DNA of 32,000 bases from Moraxella nasovis (GTDB lineage: Bacteria; Pseudomonadota; Gammaproteobacteria; Pseudomonadales; Moraxellaceae), in contig NZ_CP089976.1 in assembly GCF_022701215.1 (NCBI RefSeq), forward strand, positions 1,950,001 through 1,982,000. The letters run 5' to 3'. Position numbers and translations under genes: made by a program. Under the pieces are notes generated by a model. That model searched no databases, had not been told where the DNA came from, and was given only the letters and a program-made list of their open reading frames with translations. Positions 1 through 9,967 of the stretch are shown piece by piece. The stretch's first letter is position 1. Each line of letters opens with the position of its first letter.

Positions 1-232
1 ACAAAACAACAAAAATACAGCTAAAATCTAGTTGCATTTTTGTTGCTTTAAAAAACCACCATTAACTCATGTGATAAGGTAGCTTGTGATCAATTTTTTG
101 TAGTTTCGAAGCTTAAATTGTTAGTTGCACAGCAATTTTGTTTTAAAGTTAAGGTGAATTAAGTTTGTGAATTGTCAGGTTTGTTCTGATAATTAAAGTC
201 TATGGTATTTTTTTAAAAAGTTAAGAGTTTTT

Positions 233-1438
233 ATGATTAAAGATAACTTTTTTGGTAGCCCAAATATTAGTCGTTACACATTATTTACATTATTGTTTCA
301 AATGGGTATGGCGATTTCTTTGGCAGCTATGCCTATTTATTTTAAAAATGAAAATGCTGTTTCTGCTTATGGTGTGGCGTATTCAGTCATGGCGATTACG
401 GGAGCATTTTCTTTTGTTTATGGTTTGTTTGTAGATAGAATTGGTTTTTCTAAAGCATTGTTGTTTGGAGTGATGTTATACGGTGTTGCTTTATGTATGA
501 GAGTATTTACCAATCCAATCATTGCGGTAATAACGGCAATTATGGCAGGGTTGGGTGCTTCTGTTGCTATCCTTGCTAATCGCTCTTGGGTGTTGCAAAT
601 CTCACAAACAAGTAATGCTAATACCACTCAACTGACCGCAATGCGATCAATGCTTGGTAATATTAGTATATTGCTTGGCACAGCTCTTGTTTCTCTAGCG
701 GCATATTTGTTTGAATCTATTTATTTTTATTTGTTAATATTAGCGGGATTATTGGTTTTTGGTTCAAATTATTTTGCTTTTCAAAACTATAAAATAATTA
801 AATTGGAGAAGACAAATAAGAGTAGCTTGCAGCGAGAAAATATTTTTAAAAGTGAAAAAATAAACTTTACAATCATTTTATTTATGTTTGCTAATATGCT
901 TTCAGGGGTTTATACAGGACTATTTAAACCTTATCTGATTTTAATGTTTGTGGATTATGGCGTGTCGGAACATAAATCAATATTTATTTATCTTTTAACT
1001 ACTTTGGTATCCATATTATCAGGATTTTATTTATTAAAATATCATCATTTCATGAAAAATGTACCTTTCTCGGGATTTTTTATAGCGATGATTTCTCTTG
1101 CTTTCGTTTTTTTTGCCATGTTTGTTGGTCTAAGATATAATTTGGGCATTTGGTTTTTGTTTTTTTTAGTTCTTAGTCGTAGTGTATTTTTGAGCCTATC
1201 TAGCTCTTTTGAACAGGTTTTGGAATATGAGCTATTTAATAAAGCAACTTTAGCAATGGCTTTGGGGCTTACACAAACTTCTTTTTTGGCAGGAGATGCT
1301 CTTGGTTCATTAGTTACAAGTCTGTGGATTGATCCAAAAAATATTCATGATTATGCTAAAATTTGTTCATATTGTTCTATATTGGTGTTATTTCATATGA
1401 TAATATTATTTATTTTAAAAAAATATAAAAAAATATAA
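233..1438 (+). CDS. MFS-type transporter (multi-pass membrane protein)
   Basis: The 401-aa ORF is almost entirely hydrophobic helices with short loops, and its N-terminal region looks like major-facilitator proteins (…FVDRIGFSKALLFG…). It is very AT-rich compared with the genes that follow. Confidence 0.7.
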   Translation: MIKDNFFGSPNISRYTLFTLLFQMGMAISLAAMPIYFKNENAVSAYGVAYSVMAITGAFSFVYGLFVDRIGFSKALLFGVMLYGVALCMRVFTNPIIAVITAIMAGLGASVAILANRSWVLQISQTSNANTTQLTAMRSMLGNISILLGTALVSLAAYLFESIYFYLLILAGLLVFGSNYFAFQNYKIIKLEKTNKSSLQRENIFKSEKINFTIILFMFANMLSGVYTGLFKPYLILMFVDYGVSEHKSIFIYLLTTLVSILSGFYLLKYHHFMKNVPFSGFFIAMISLAFVFFAMFVGLRYNLGIWFLFFLVLSRSVFLSLSSSFEQVLEYELFNKATLAMALGLTQTSFLAGDALGSLVTSLWIDPKNIHDYAKICSYCSILVLFHMIILFILKKYKKI

Positions 1439-1669
1439 AGGAGCTGTGCTAGATTAGCCTTACATTGCCACCATTTTCTTACTATTTTAGGCTGGTTGCA
1501 GGCAAGCCTAGTTAACTCTTAAACTTTTGTCTATCATAAAAAGGTAAACGTTTTTCTTGTTAATACCGCTGTATGTGCCTTAGCGTCTTTAACCACCATA
1601 TAAACCTTGCATACGCTTATTTTTGATAAAGTCAAAAATAATTGCAACTATATCACTAAATAAATTTAC

Positions 1670-1698
1670 TTGTATCAACCCCCATTTTTGGTTACAAT
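1670..1698 (+). promoter_or_regulatory. Putative sigma70 promoter for the RDD-ung-tadA gene string
   Basis: TTGTAT (1670-1675), a 17-nt spacer, then TACAAT (1693-1698), about 27 nt upstream of the ATG at 1725. Confidence 0.35.
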
Positions 1699-1724
1699 AG
1701 CCCAAATTTTAACCCTATTTTATC

Positions 1725-2666
1725 ATGAAAATCTATTTAGCACGCAATAATATCCAAGCAGGTCCTTATGGGTTAGATGAAATAAACCACATGTTAGCAA
1801 GCAATGAAGTTTTGTTGACGGATTTGATGTGGCATAAGGGCATGACGACATGGCAAGCAGTGGGAGAAGTCACCAAAGGGGCTTTAACATATCAGCCAAA
1901 CCTTGATTTAGGTACAGCACAGCCTGAACCACAAGCAGGTGCTTTTGGTGATAATGTTGAAATGCGTGACGCCAAAAGACGTATTAGCGTGGCAGAATTA
2001 TATGGCAAAAAACCTGAGCAGACCACTCATCAAACACAGCAAAACCACACATTCAAACCTACCGAACCTACTAAAGAGCCAGAAATTTGGCAAGGTCGTC
2101 ATAGAATGCAGACACAGGTGGCAGCACAGGCGGTAGTGTATGCGTCAGTATTAAAGCGGTTTTTGGCGACGTGCGTAAATATGCTACTATTTATAGTGGC
2201 ATTCATGCCATTTGTGCAGTCATTTATGGCACTAAATCCTAATGCAGATAAGCTAACCCAAGGTGATTTTGAAGCACGCTTAGCTTATGCCCAAGAGCTG
2301 ACCCAGACCATCGATCCAACAGGGGCGAATATGACGCTGATGATGCTAATTGGCTTGTTGGTAGTACAGCTGATTATGCTGATTATGCGAGGACAGTCCA
2401 TTGGTAAGCTTGCACTTGGCATTCGTATCGTGGATATGAATACGCATCAGCGTGCTGGTATTGCTAAGATTGTTGGTGTGCGTGGCGTGTTATTATTTAT
2501 CATCTACTGGATTGCGTCTGCCATTCCATTTCAGCTAAATATCATCTTACTTGCCATAAACTACTTTATGGCAAGTAAACACCCCAAAAAACAAGGCTGG
2601 CATGATCGTCTTGCCAAGACAGTGGTGGTCAAAGCCCACCCCGCACAACTACAAAAAGATAAGTAA
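1725..2666 (+). CDS. GYF_2(DUF4339)-like N-terminal domain fused to an RDD-family membrane domain
   Basis: The N-terminus MKIYLARNNIQAGPYGLDEINHML…WHKGMTTWQAVGEV is the typical GYF_2 pattern. The C-terminal half has 3 TM segments and ends in …GWHDRLAKTVVV, the RDD-family signature. Confidence 0.8.
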   Translation: MKIYLARNNIQAGPYGLDEINHMLASNEVLLTDLMWHKGMTTWQAVGEVTKGALTYQPNLDLGTAQPEPQAGAFGDNVEMRDAKRRISVAELYGKKPEQTTHQTQQNHTFKPTEPTKEPEIWQGRHRMQTQVAAQAVVYASVLKRFLATCVNMLLFIVAFMPFVQSFMALNPNADKLTQGDFEARLAYAQELTQTIDPTGANMTLMMLIGLLVVQLIMLIMRGQSIGKLALGIRIVDMNTHQRAGIAKIVGVRGVLLFIIYWIASAIPFQLNIILLAINYFMASKHPKKQGWHDRLAKTVVVKAHPAQLQKDK

Positions 2667-2668
2667 TC

Positions 2669-3373
2669 ATGGATAAAGCGGCCATATTAGCACGAGTACA
2701 GCTACCTGATGACTTTAAATTTGCACTGGCAGATGTGCTTACAAGCGACAGTATGGCAAGCTTGCGTGCGTTTTTGCAAGCCGAATACGCCCAGAATAAG
2801 ACGATTTACCCACCAAAGTCACAAATTTTTAATGCACTAAATACCACGCCTTTATCACAGGTGAAAGTGGTGATTTTGGGTCAAGATCCTTATCATGGGG
2901 CAGGGCAAGCGATGGGCTTATCATTTAGCGTTCCAAAAGTCGTCCCAAAGCCACCATCACTACAAAATATCCTAAAAGAGCTGTCTAATGACTTGCATAT
3001 TCCAATCAGCAATCATGGCGATTTGACGTATTGGGCAAGTCAAGGCGTGCTATTATTGAATGCGGTGCTAACTGTAGAAGCGGGGCGGGCGGGTAGCCAT
3101 GCAGGCAAAGGCTGGGAGTTATTTACTGATGCGGTGATTGACGTCATTAATACTCAGACTACCAACACAGTATTTATTTTGTGGGGTAGTTATGCTAAGA
3201 AAAAAGGACGGTTTATCGATCCAAATCGCCATCTTATCTTAACTGCAAACCACCCATCGCCACTATCGGCAAATCGTGGCGGCTTTTTTGGTACAAGTCC
3301 CTTTTCACGCACCAATGATTATCTGATACGTCATGGCAAAGCACCGATTGACTGGGCATTGCCACAGACATAA
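2669..3373 (+). CDS. ung: Uracil-DNA glycosylase
   Basis: Family-1 UDG motifs are present: VVILGQDPYHG (water-activating loop) and HPSPLSA (Leu-intercalation loop). The length is 234 aa. Confidence 0.95.
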   Translation: MDKAAILARVQLPDDFKFALADVLTSDSMASLRAFLQAEYAQNKTIYPPKSQIFNALNTTPLSQVKVVILGQDPYHGAGQAMGLSFSVPKVVPKPPSLQNILKELSNDLHIPISNHGDLTYWASQGVLLLNAVLTVEAGRAGSHAGKGWELFTDAVIDVINTQTTNTVFILWGSYAKKKGRFIDPNRHLILTANHPSPLSANRGGFFGTSPFSRTNDYLIRHGKAPIDWALPQT

Positions 3374-3394
3374 GTGCGACTTTAGGCTTAAGCG

Positions 3395-3949
3395 ATGACA
3401 CCGTTTATTTTGGCTAGTACCCCAAAAGTCACCGATTTGCAGGCATTGCAGTTTTGGAGCGTGCAAGATGTTATGATGATGAACAAAGCCTTATATCTTG
3501 CTGATATCGGAGCAAGCCTTGGAGAGGTGCCAGTAGGTGCGGTGGTCGTGTATAAGGGTGAGATTATCGGTGAGGGTTATAACCGTCCTATCATAGATGC
3601 AGACCCTACTGCCCACGCAGAGATAGTCGCTGTTCGTAAGGCTTGCCATCATCTGAATAATTATCGCTTACCGATGGGTGCAACGTTATATATCACGCTT
3701 GAGCCATGCACGATGTGCCTTGGCATGATGGTTCATGCACGCATTAGCAGAGTGGTGTTTGGAGCAACAGAACCAAAAGCAGGCGTAGCAAAAAGCCAAC
3801 TATCCTTACACACCATGCCGTTTTATAACCATTTGATTGATATACAAGGTGGCTTGCTTGCCTATGAATGCGGACAGAGATTAAGCCAGTTTTTTAAGAA
3901 CAGACGCAAGCAAAAACGCCAAACTAAGAATGTAGAACAAGCTACCTAG
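3395..3949 (+). CDS. tadA: tRNA-specific adenosine deaminase
   Basis: CDA-fold zinc motifs HAE (…DPTAHAEIVAVR…) and PCxxC (LEPCTMCLGMM) are present. The start is uncertain; internal Met codons near 3472-3480 are alternatives. Confidence 0.9.
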   Translation: MTPFILASTPKVTDLQALQFWSVQDVMMMNKALYLADIGASLGEVPVGAVVVYKGEIIGEGYNRPIIDADPTAHAEIVAVRKACHHLNNYRLPMGATLYITLEPCTMCLGMMVHARISRVVFGATEPKAGVAKSQLSLHTMPFYNHLIDIQGGLLAYECGQRLSQFFKNRRKQKRQTKNVEQAT

Positions 3950-4030
3950 GACCAATTATAATTAGTTGATAAATTTTCACCTTTTTTCACCTTAAAGGCG
4001 TGATTTTTGGTATGATAGGTTTTATTTGTC

Positions 4031-5257
4031 ATGGAATTAATAATGAATCAGCAGGCACCTATCATCACAAGCCTTCTTGATAATGACTTGTACAAATTTA
4101 CCATGTTACAAGCCATGCTCCACCACTTCCCCCAAACCCATAGTGTATATCGGTTCCGCTGTCGTAATAATGATGCAGCCGCCTATCCATTAGCAGATAT
4201 TAAGGCAGAGCTAGAAGCACAGTTAGATTTACTATGTGAGCTAAAATTCACCCAAGATGAGCTGACTTATTTGCGTGGATTAAGATTTATCAAGTCTGAT
4301 TTTGTTGATTATTTGGAGTTATTTCAACTAAAACGCCGTTTTATTAAGGTAACGGTAGATGAAGAAGGGCGATTGTGCATAGACATTGAAGGACCGATGA
4401 TTCAAGCGATGTTCTTTGAGATATTTGTTTTGTGTATTGTCAGTGAACTATACTATCGCAGATTAGATGATAAAAAGGCACTAACGATAGGTCAAAAGCG
4501 GCTTGATGATAAAGTGGCGTTACTTCAAGAATATGCCAAATTACAAACCCAAGATACTCAAAATCCGCCATTTGTTATTGCTGATTTTGGGACACGCAGA
4601 CGCTTTAGTAAGGCGTGGCATTATCATGTGGTTGAGACTTTGGCTAAGTCATGCCCATCTGTTTTTCGTGGCACTTCTAATGTATATTTAGCAAAACAGC
4701 TGGATATTACGCCGATTGGTACGATGGCACATGAATTTATGCAGGCATTTCAAGCATTAGACGTTCGCCTAAGAGACAGCCAAAAGGCAGCACTAGAATG
4801 CTGGGTGCGTGAATATCGTGGCGACCTAGGTATTGCACTGACAGATGTTGTTGGGATGGATGCGTTTTTGCGTGATTTTGACTTATATTTTGCCAAGCTC
4901 TTTGATGGGCTGCGTCATGACAGTGGCAACCCGTATGAGTGGGGTGATAAGGCGATTCATCATTATAATAAACTAAAAATAGACCCAAAAACCAAAAGCC
5001 TAACTTTTAGTGATGGTTTGACGATTGAAAAGGCGTGGGATTTACATCAATATTTTAAGCAAAGAATAAAAACGGCATTTGGCATTGGCACAAATTTAAC
5101 AAACGACATGGGTGTAACTCAGTTAAACATCGTTTTAAAACTTGTACAATGTAACGGTCAGCCTGTCGCTAAACTGTCTGACAGCATTGGCAAGACCATG
5201 ATTCAAGATGAAACGTATTTGGCATATTTACGCCAAGTGTTTGAAATCACGCCTTAA
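4031..5257 (+). CDS. pncB: Nicotinate phosphoribosyltransferase
   Basis: The N-terminus …[18 protein letters not shown]…, then …FGTRRR… and …[10 protein letters not shown]…, are typical PncB blocks. The start could be the ATG at 4043 (MNQQ…). Confidence 0.9.
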   Translation: MELIMNQQAPIITSLLDNDLYKFTMLQAMLHHFPQTHSVYRFRCRNNDAAAYPLADIKAELEAQLDLLCELKFTQDELTYLRGLRFIKSDFVDYLELFQLKRRFIKVTVDEEGRLCIDIEGPMIQAMFFEIFVLCIVSELYYRRLDDKKALTIGQKRLDDKVALLQEYAKLQTQDTQNPPFVIADFGTRRRFSKAWHYHVVETLAKSCPSVFRGTSNVYLAKQLDITPIGTMAHEFMQAFQALDVRLRDSQKAALECWVREYRGDLGIALTDVVGMDAFLRDFDLYFAKLFDGLRHDSGNPYEWGDKAIHHYNKLKIDPKTKSLTFSDGLTIEKAWDLHQYFKQRIKTAFGIGTNLTNDMGVTQLNIVLKLVQCNGQPVAKLSDSIGKTMIQDETYLAYLRQVFEITP

Positions 5258-5359
5258 TTGGTATAAAACCAAGATAAGATGGATGCTTAAAATAGCCGAC
5301 TTTATGAGTGGGCTATTTTACTAAATATGGGCATTTTACTAAGTGTGGGCGTGTACTGG

Positions 5360-5590
5360 CTAGATCTCACCATCAAAGGCGTTTTTTAGGGCAAGATCAA
5401 CGGCATGAATGCGTTTTTGACAGATTTTATAGGCATTGATTGATTCTTCTACGGTTGTGATGAGATTATCAATATCAAGCTCTGACGACTGTTCTAGTGC
5501 ATTGGCATTGCGTTGCAAGACTTCATAAGCGTCTTTAAAGCTACTGTTTTCATCAATTAAAATCGGATTGGTGTTATTTGGTTTGTTCAT
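5360..5590 (-). CDS. xseB: Exodeoxyribonuclease VII small subunit
   Basis: A 76-aa helical protein. FKDAYEVLQRNANALEQS…DIDNLITTVEESINAYKICQKRIHAVDLALKNAF matches the XseB pattern. Confidence 0.8.
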   Translation of the reverse strand: MNKPNNTNPILIDENSSFKDAYEVLQRNANALEQSSELDIDNLITTVEESINAYKICQKRIHAVDLALKNAFDGEI

Positions 5591-5683
5591 AATACACTCA
5601 AGCTTAATGTGGTTATTTTATTGTACTCGTTTTGTCAAAAAACCACAAGAAGCAGCCAAAGACTTTTATCGCACATAAACTTT

Positions 5684-5711
5684 TTGACAAACATTATCTT
5701 TCTGATATGAT
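5684..5711 (+). promoter_or_regulatory. Putative sigma70 promoter for the DASS transporter gene
   Basis: TTGACA (5684-5689), a 16-nt spacer, then TATGAT (5706-5711). Confidence 0.4.
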
Positions 5712-5840
5712 AGGCGAGCATAGTATAAAATCGTGACAAGGCAGTAAGATTTTATACACAAGCGTTACTTTTTTAACAGTCAAATAACATAATTTACCCG
5801 CATAGGATATACGGTTGATGGTTATTTGCAAGGAGCTTGT

Positions 5841-7289
5841 ATGACTCAGTTACATCAAGATAAAGATTCTTCTTTTACTCAAGAAAGTGATTTTCTAGCC
5901 GATGATAATCACACACCGCCGTCAGGTTCGGCACATTCTGAAGCGATTAAGGGCGTGATAATCACTGCTATCGCTGCAATCATTGCCTACTTTTTATACG
6001 CCAATGTTTTACCATTTGATGATTTGGCAAATAAAGGCTTGGCGTTGGCAATCTTCGTTGGTATTTTATGGCTTACAGAAGCCATTCATATCACAGCGAC
6101 CGCTATTCTTGTGCCGATACTTGCAATATTTATTGGGATTCCTGACTTTGATACTAAAACAGCCTTATCATCGTTCTCAGATCCGATTATCTATGTGTTC
6201 TTTGGTGGTTTTGCTTTGGCTGCAACCATGCATGTACAAAAACTTGACCAAAAAATTGCATACAGCTTAATGGGTTTGGCTCGTGGGCATCTTGGTGTGG
6301 CAGTGCTGTTAATCTTTGCTACCACAGCAGGGCTGTCTATGTGGATTAGTAACACAGCAACCGCAGCGATGATGTTGCCGTTAGCATTAGGGCTACTTAC
6401 ACAAATAGACGCTAAAAAAGACCGCAATACGTTCATCTTCGTGTTGCTTGGTATCGCTTATTCTGCATCAATCGGCGGTCTGGGTACTTTGGTAGGCTCA
6501 CCACCGAACGCCATTGCCGCCAAAGAGATTGGTCTTGATTTTGCAGGTTGGACTAAGATTGGCTTTCCAGTCGCACTTGTTATGATGCCAGTTTTATTAG
6601 GTGCGATGTATTTAGTATTACGCCCAAATCTAAACCAAAAGGTGGATATGGGAAATCGTGAAGCTGTACCTTGGACGCTGCCACGCGTACTGACGATTAT
6701 TGTGTTCTTTGTAACAGCAGTGAGCTGGATTTTTGGCAAGCAGCTTGGTCAGACGTTTGGGTTTGATAAACCAGATACGGTGATTGCCATCTTGGCGGCA
6801 GTAGTTGTGCTATTGTTTGGATTGGTCAGCTGGAAACAAATCTCTGATAATACTGACTGGGGAGTACTCATGCTGTTCGGTGGTGGTATCGCTTTATCAA
6901 ACATCATGAAAAGCACAGGAGCTTCGGCGGTATTAGGTGAGCAGATTTCAGCTTGGCTTGCAAATGCACCGACTTTACTTGTGATTGTAGCGATTGCTGC
7001 GTTTATTATATTTTTGACAGAGTTCACGTCAAACACCGCATCAGCTGCACTACTTGTGCCAATCTTTGCACCTATTGGTGTTGCGTTAGGCTTACCAAAA
7101 GAAGTATTGATATTGGTTATTGGTATCGGTGCATCATGTGCATTTATGTTACCTGTAGCAACACCACCAAACGCTATCGTGATGGGTACAGGTTATATCA
7201 AGCAACGAGATATGATGAGAATCGGTTTTGTGCTAAATCTCGCCTCCATCGTTATTGTAACCATTTTTGCCTATTGGTTCTGGCGTTAA
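5841..7289 (+). CDS. DASS/SLC13-family anion (di/tricarboxylate or sulfate):sodium symporter
   Basis: A polytopic membrane protein with the duplicated SNTA(T/S)AA and PPNAI hairpin motifs (WISNTATAAMMLP…GSPPNAIA; FTSNTASAALLVP…ATPPNAIV). The ATG at 5841 has an AAGGAG RBS. The track's 5826 start is a non-ATG extension. Confidence 0.85.
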   Translation: MTQLHQDKDSSFTQESDFLADDNHTPPSGSAHSEAIKGVIITAIAAIIAYFLYANVLPFDDLANKGLALAIFVGILWLTEAIHITATAILVPILAIFIGIPDFDTKTALSSFSDPIIYVFFGGFALAATMHVQKLDQKIAYSLMGLARGHLGVAVLLIFATTAGLSMWISNTATAAMMLPLALGLLTQIDAKKDRNTFIFVLLGIAYSASIGGLGTLVGSPPNAIAAKEIGLDFAGWTKIGFPVALVMMPVLLGAMYLVLRPNLNQKVDMGNREAVPWTLPRVLTIIVFFVTAVSWIFGKQLGQTFGFDKPDTVIAILAAVVVLLFGLVSWKQISDNTDWGVLMLFGGGIALSNIMKSTGASAVLGEQISAWLANAPTLLVIVAIAAFIIFLTEFTSNTASAALLVPIFAPIGVALGLPKEVLILVIGIGASCAFMLPVATPPNAIVMGTGYIKQRDMMRIGFVLNLASIVIVTIFAYWFWR

Positions 7290-7301
7290 TTTTAACGTTA
7301 A

Positions 7302-7332
7302 AAGCCGCATCAACTTTGGTGCGGTTTTTTTT
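7302..7332 (+). terminator. Rho-independent terminator after the DASS gene
   Basis: The stem aaGCCGCA…TGCGGtt is followed by a T8 run. Confidence 0.6.
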
Positions 7333-7592
7333 GTGGGTATGGTAAAAAGATATTGCCAGTATTGATGTAAGCTTGGGCGTTTTAATAAATGGCTTTAAAG
7401 ACAAAAAAATAAGATGATATTTGATAATTATACCAATGCAATCATCGCTTTATTTTTGATAAACGTTAATTTTGCACTATCTTTAGCTATTAATTTTAAA
7501 AATTTTTATGGCATAATGCCCAAAATCCATGATGACACTCTATTTAAACCTGATAACATATAGCTTTGGGTGGGGTTTAACCTCACGAATAA

Positions 7593-8030
7593 AAAGTATG
7601 TCCGTTTTGTCAAAGTCAAAATACTGCTAAAAATGGTAAAAAGCACCACAAACAGCAGTATTTATGTAAATCCTGTCATCGTCAATTTTTATCAGGCAAA
7701 CACTTAGATAATCAATAACTTTGGCATAAAGCACGAAAGCTACTTAAATGAGCGTAGTATAACCTTTGATGATAATACACAAAAGATAAGAACATGGTAC
7801 ACACAAGCGGGTTAAGAAGTGCTTATAAAAGTTTAAGGGAAAATCTACCATACCTATTTATCCATCAACAAGACGGCACAGCTAATACACCAAACACAAC
7901 CAATAAGCTAGAAGGTTTATTTTCTCATTTAAAACAGTCTTTGCGTTGTCATCAAGGATTAAATAAAGATAGAAAAGTAAAGTTTATTGATAATTTTTTA
8001 AGGAGCTATGGTGGGACTGGTGTGCCATAA
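7593..8030 (+). mobile_element. Degraded transposase (Zn-ribbon N-terminus plus C-terminal fragment), IS remnant
   Basis: 7599-7718 encodes CPFCQSQNTAKNGKKHHKQQYLCKSCHRQFLSG…, a CxxC…CxxC ribbon whose ATG at 7598 is out of frame. ORF 7794-8030 (…NTTNKLEGLFSHLKQSLRCHQGLNKDRKVKFIDNFL) resembles the C-terminus of small Zn-ribbon DDE transposases. The middle of the gene is missing. The family assignment is from memory only. Confidence 0.5.
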
Positions 8031-8747
8031 ATAAAAACACTCATATCATGAAAATAAGTATGAGTAAGGTGTGAGTGTTTTTTTATCATGAATTTTTGCA
8101 TATTAGACCTAATTTTTTATTTATCTCTTTAATTTTTTTTTGTATATAAAACTCTTAAAAAACGATTCACACTATGCATACCCTGTACAGAGCAATTAAA
8201 AATATTTATAAATCATATAGTTAACCTGTGCAGGGCTTAAAGCAAACCCTGCACACACTATGCACGGATATATTCGTTGACTTAGCTTATATTCCCACTT
8301 GCAATAGTGTTTTGAGTTGTTATCATGGCTGCCACGCCTTATTATAAGATTCATACGCCCATTACGTTTCTTGCCGCTGCTACCGAAAGCTATGCGAACG
8401 TCGATAAGTATGCTGATTTATGCTATTGATATTATTATCTTGCTAAAACTAGCGGTCATGAATTACAGTCCATGATCGCCAAGCGTGATAACTTGGCATA
8501 CTTAAAAACGCATTATCGCTTGGCGATTGCCCATACTGTCGATTTGCGATGTCACACGCCAAGCCCGTCATGCATAACGCAATATCCAAAAACAGCTACA
8601 CGACTATTGATAGCTGTACCATTTTGTAGTATTTCGCTACGATAGCCGTTCGGTATATGAATGGCTTATTAATTTTGTTAAGATGTACCTTTAAACCCTT
8701 GCAGATTAAGGTTTGCAAAGGTTTTTTCTATTTTTAGGGAATTGACT

Positions 8748-9027
8748 ATGGCTTTAGCGACTTGTGTCCCCGATTATCTGCAAAGCCTAAGCTTAAGCAA
8801 AACTGGGTCAAGGGTCGTGGCGGACGACTTCGTGAAACTATTTTAGTAAGAGATCGGTGTACTTGTCAGCATTGTGGCTTAATTGGCGGTCAGCTTGAGC
8901 TTGATTATATCGTGGATGTCGCACGTGGCGGCAGTGATGGCATCACAATCTGCAGATTTTATGTCGAACTTGCCATCAGACCAAAATTCACGCCGAATCA
9001 CAACAAGAAAATTATAGGGGGGGGTAA
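8748..9027 (+). pseudogene. Phage HNH endonuclease, frameshifted
   Basis: Three frames are needed to read it. The ATG is at 8748 (MALAT…). Then comes …RLRETILVRDRCTCQHCG…LELDYIVDVARGGSDG (ORF 8762-). After a shift near 8938-8945 it reads HNLQILCRTCHQTKIHAESQ, ending at TAA 9025-9027. The first catalytic His of the HNH motif reads Tyr (LDYIV). A G8 tract lies at 9017-9024. Confidence 0.6.
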
Positions 9028-9158
9028 TTTTTTAAAACCTTAAATCAGCGGACACCACACCCCTTCTTGTTTACAAAAAATTTTTGATTTTGGCAAAAAT
9101 ATCCTAAATCTTCGTTTAATCTAACGTAACACTAGTTACATAATATTAGTAACATTAG

Positions 9159-9356
9159 TTGCATAATATTACAAAAAAATATGGCAATCACTCAAAAACA
9201 AAGAAATACGCTCGTCTTGTGGTGAGTGGCATGGAACTTCATACCGCAGCCCTAGAAGCGGGCTGTAAGAATCATAAGGCGGCTCGTAAGTTCGTCGCTA
9301 ACATGGCACATCGTAAGAACGTGCAGGCCATCTCTCAATATCCCCTAATCTACTAA
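9159..9356 (+). CDS. Small HTH protein, possibly frameshifted at its 5' end
   Basis: …KKYARLVVSGMELHTAALEAGCKNHKAARKFVANMAHRKNVQAI resembles the N-terminal HTH of small terminase or regulatory phage proteins. A better ATG at 9181 (MAITQKQ…) is in another frame, suggesting a 1-nt indel in the A-rich run. Confidence 0.3.
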   Translation: MHNITKKYGNHSKTKKYARLVVSGMELHTAALEAGCKNHKAARKFVANMAHRKNVQAISQYPLIY

Positions 9357-9547
9357 TGGCAAACGATTTTAATAACATAGATGTAGATTTTGAAGTTAGG
9401 ACAGATGAGTGCGTTTTTACGCATAAAAAGGGTTTGTTTGGGGCAGGGCTTTTGGTATCTGACCGCATAGCTAAGCAAGCTAAGCAAGCCCAAATATGGG
9501 AGCTGTCAGAACGTGAACGAAAGATTATTGATAGGTTGGGGGAATGA
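9356..9547 (+). CDS. Hypothetical phage protein (63 aa)
   Basis: The ORF has an ATGA overlap with the downstream Q-like gene (ATG 9544, TGA 9545-9547). No motif was recognised. Confidence 0.45.
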   Translation: MANDFNNIDVDFEVRTDECVFTHKKGLFGAGLLVSDRIAKQAKQAQIWELSERERKIIDRLGE

Positions 9548-9894
9548 ACGAATTTATTGAATACGGCAAATGGGCAAGGCATAACCCTGACCGCTTAGGC
9601 TATCCATCCCCTTGGCTTGAGATGATTATGCGGAATAACGTGCCAAGCGAGCCGTTATCGTACAGCATCACAGACGATAGGGCGATGATGATAGATAAGG
9701 CGGTGTGTAAATTGGCAAAGTATAGTCTGCTACAATACCAAATCTTTTGTATGTATTATTTGGCACGCCTAAGTGAGCGTAATATCGCCCAAATGGCAGA
9801 CGAGCGAATATTAAAGAACAAGCGTAACCGTGTCAAAATTGAGCTTGAAAAAGCGTGTGCGTTTATTGCAGGCGTGCTTGAAGCAGAGAGTTAA
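9544..9894 (+). CDS. Phage late-gene antiterminator, Q-like
   Basis: Size (116 aa), position immediately upstream of a consensus promoter plus terminator, and the pattern …ITDDRAMMIDKAVCKL…IFCMYYLARLSERNIAQ… resemble the Phage_antitermQ family. Assignment is from memory. Confidence 0.6.
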   Translation: MNEFIEYGKWARHNPDRLGYPSPWLEMIMRNNVPSEPLSYSITDDRAMMIDKAVCKLAKYSLLQYQIFCMYYLARLSERNIAQMADERILKNKRNRVKIELEKACAFIAGVLEAES

Positions 9895-9967
9895 AGAAAC
9901 AATAGATTTAAATTATTATGGTGGTCAAGCACTCATTTTACGGTAGATATTTTTTTATAAAAAACAC

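Noticed and set aside
3950-4030. Direct repeat TTTTCACCTT x2 upstream of pncB as a possible NAD regulator site
   Set aside because: It is too short and I do not recognise a matching NadR, NrtR or NiaR consensus. It is noted only as a low-value observation.
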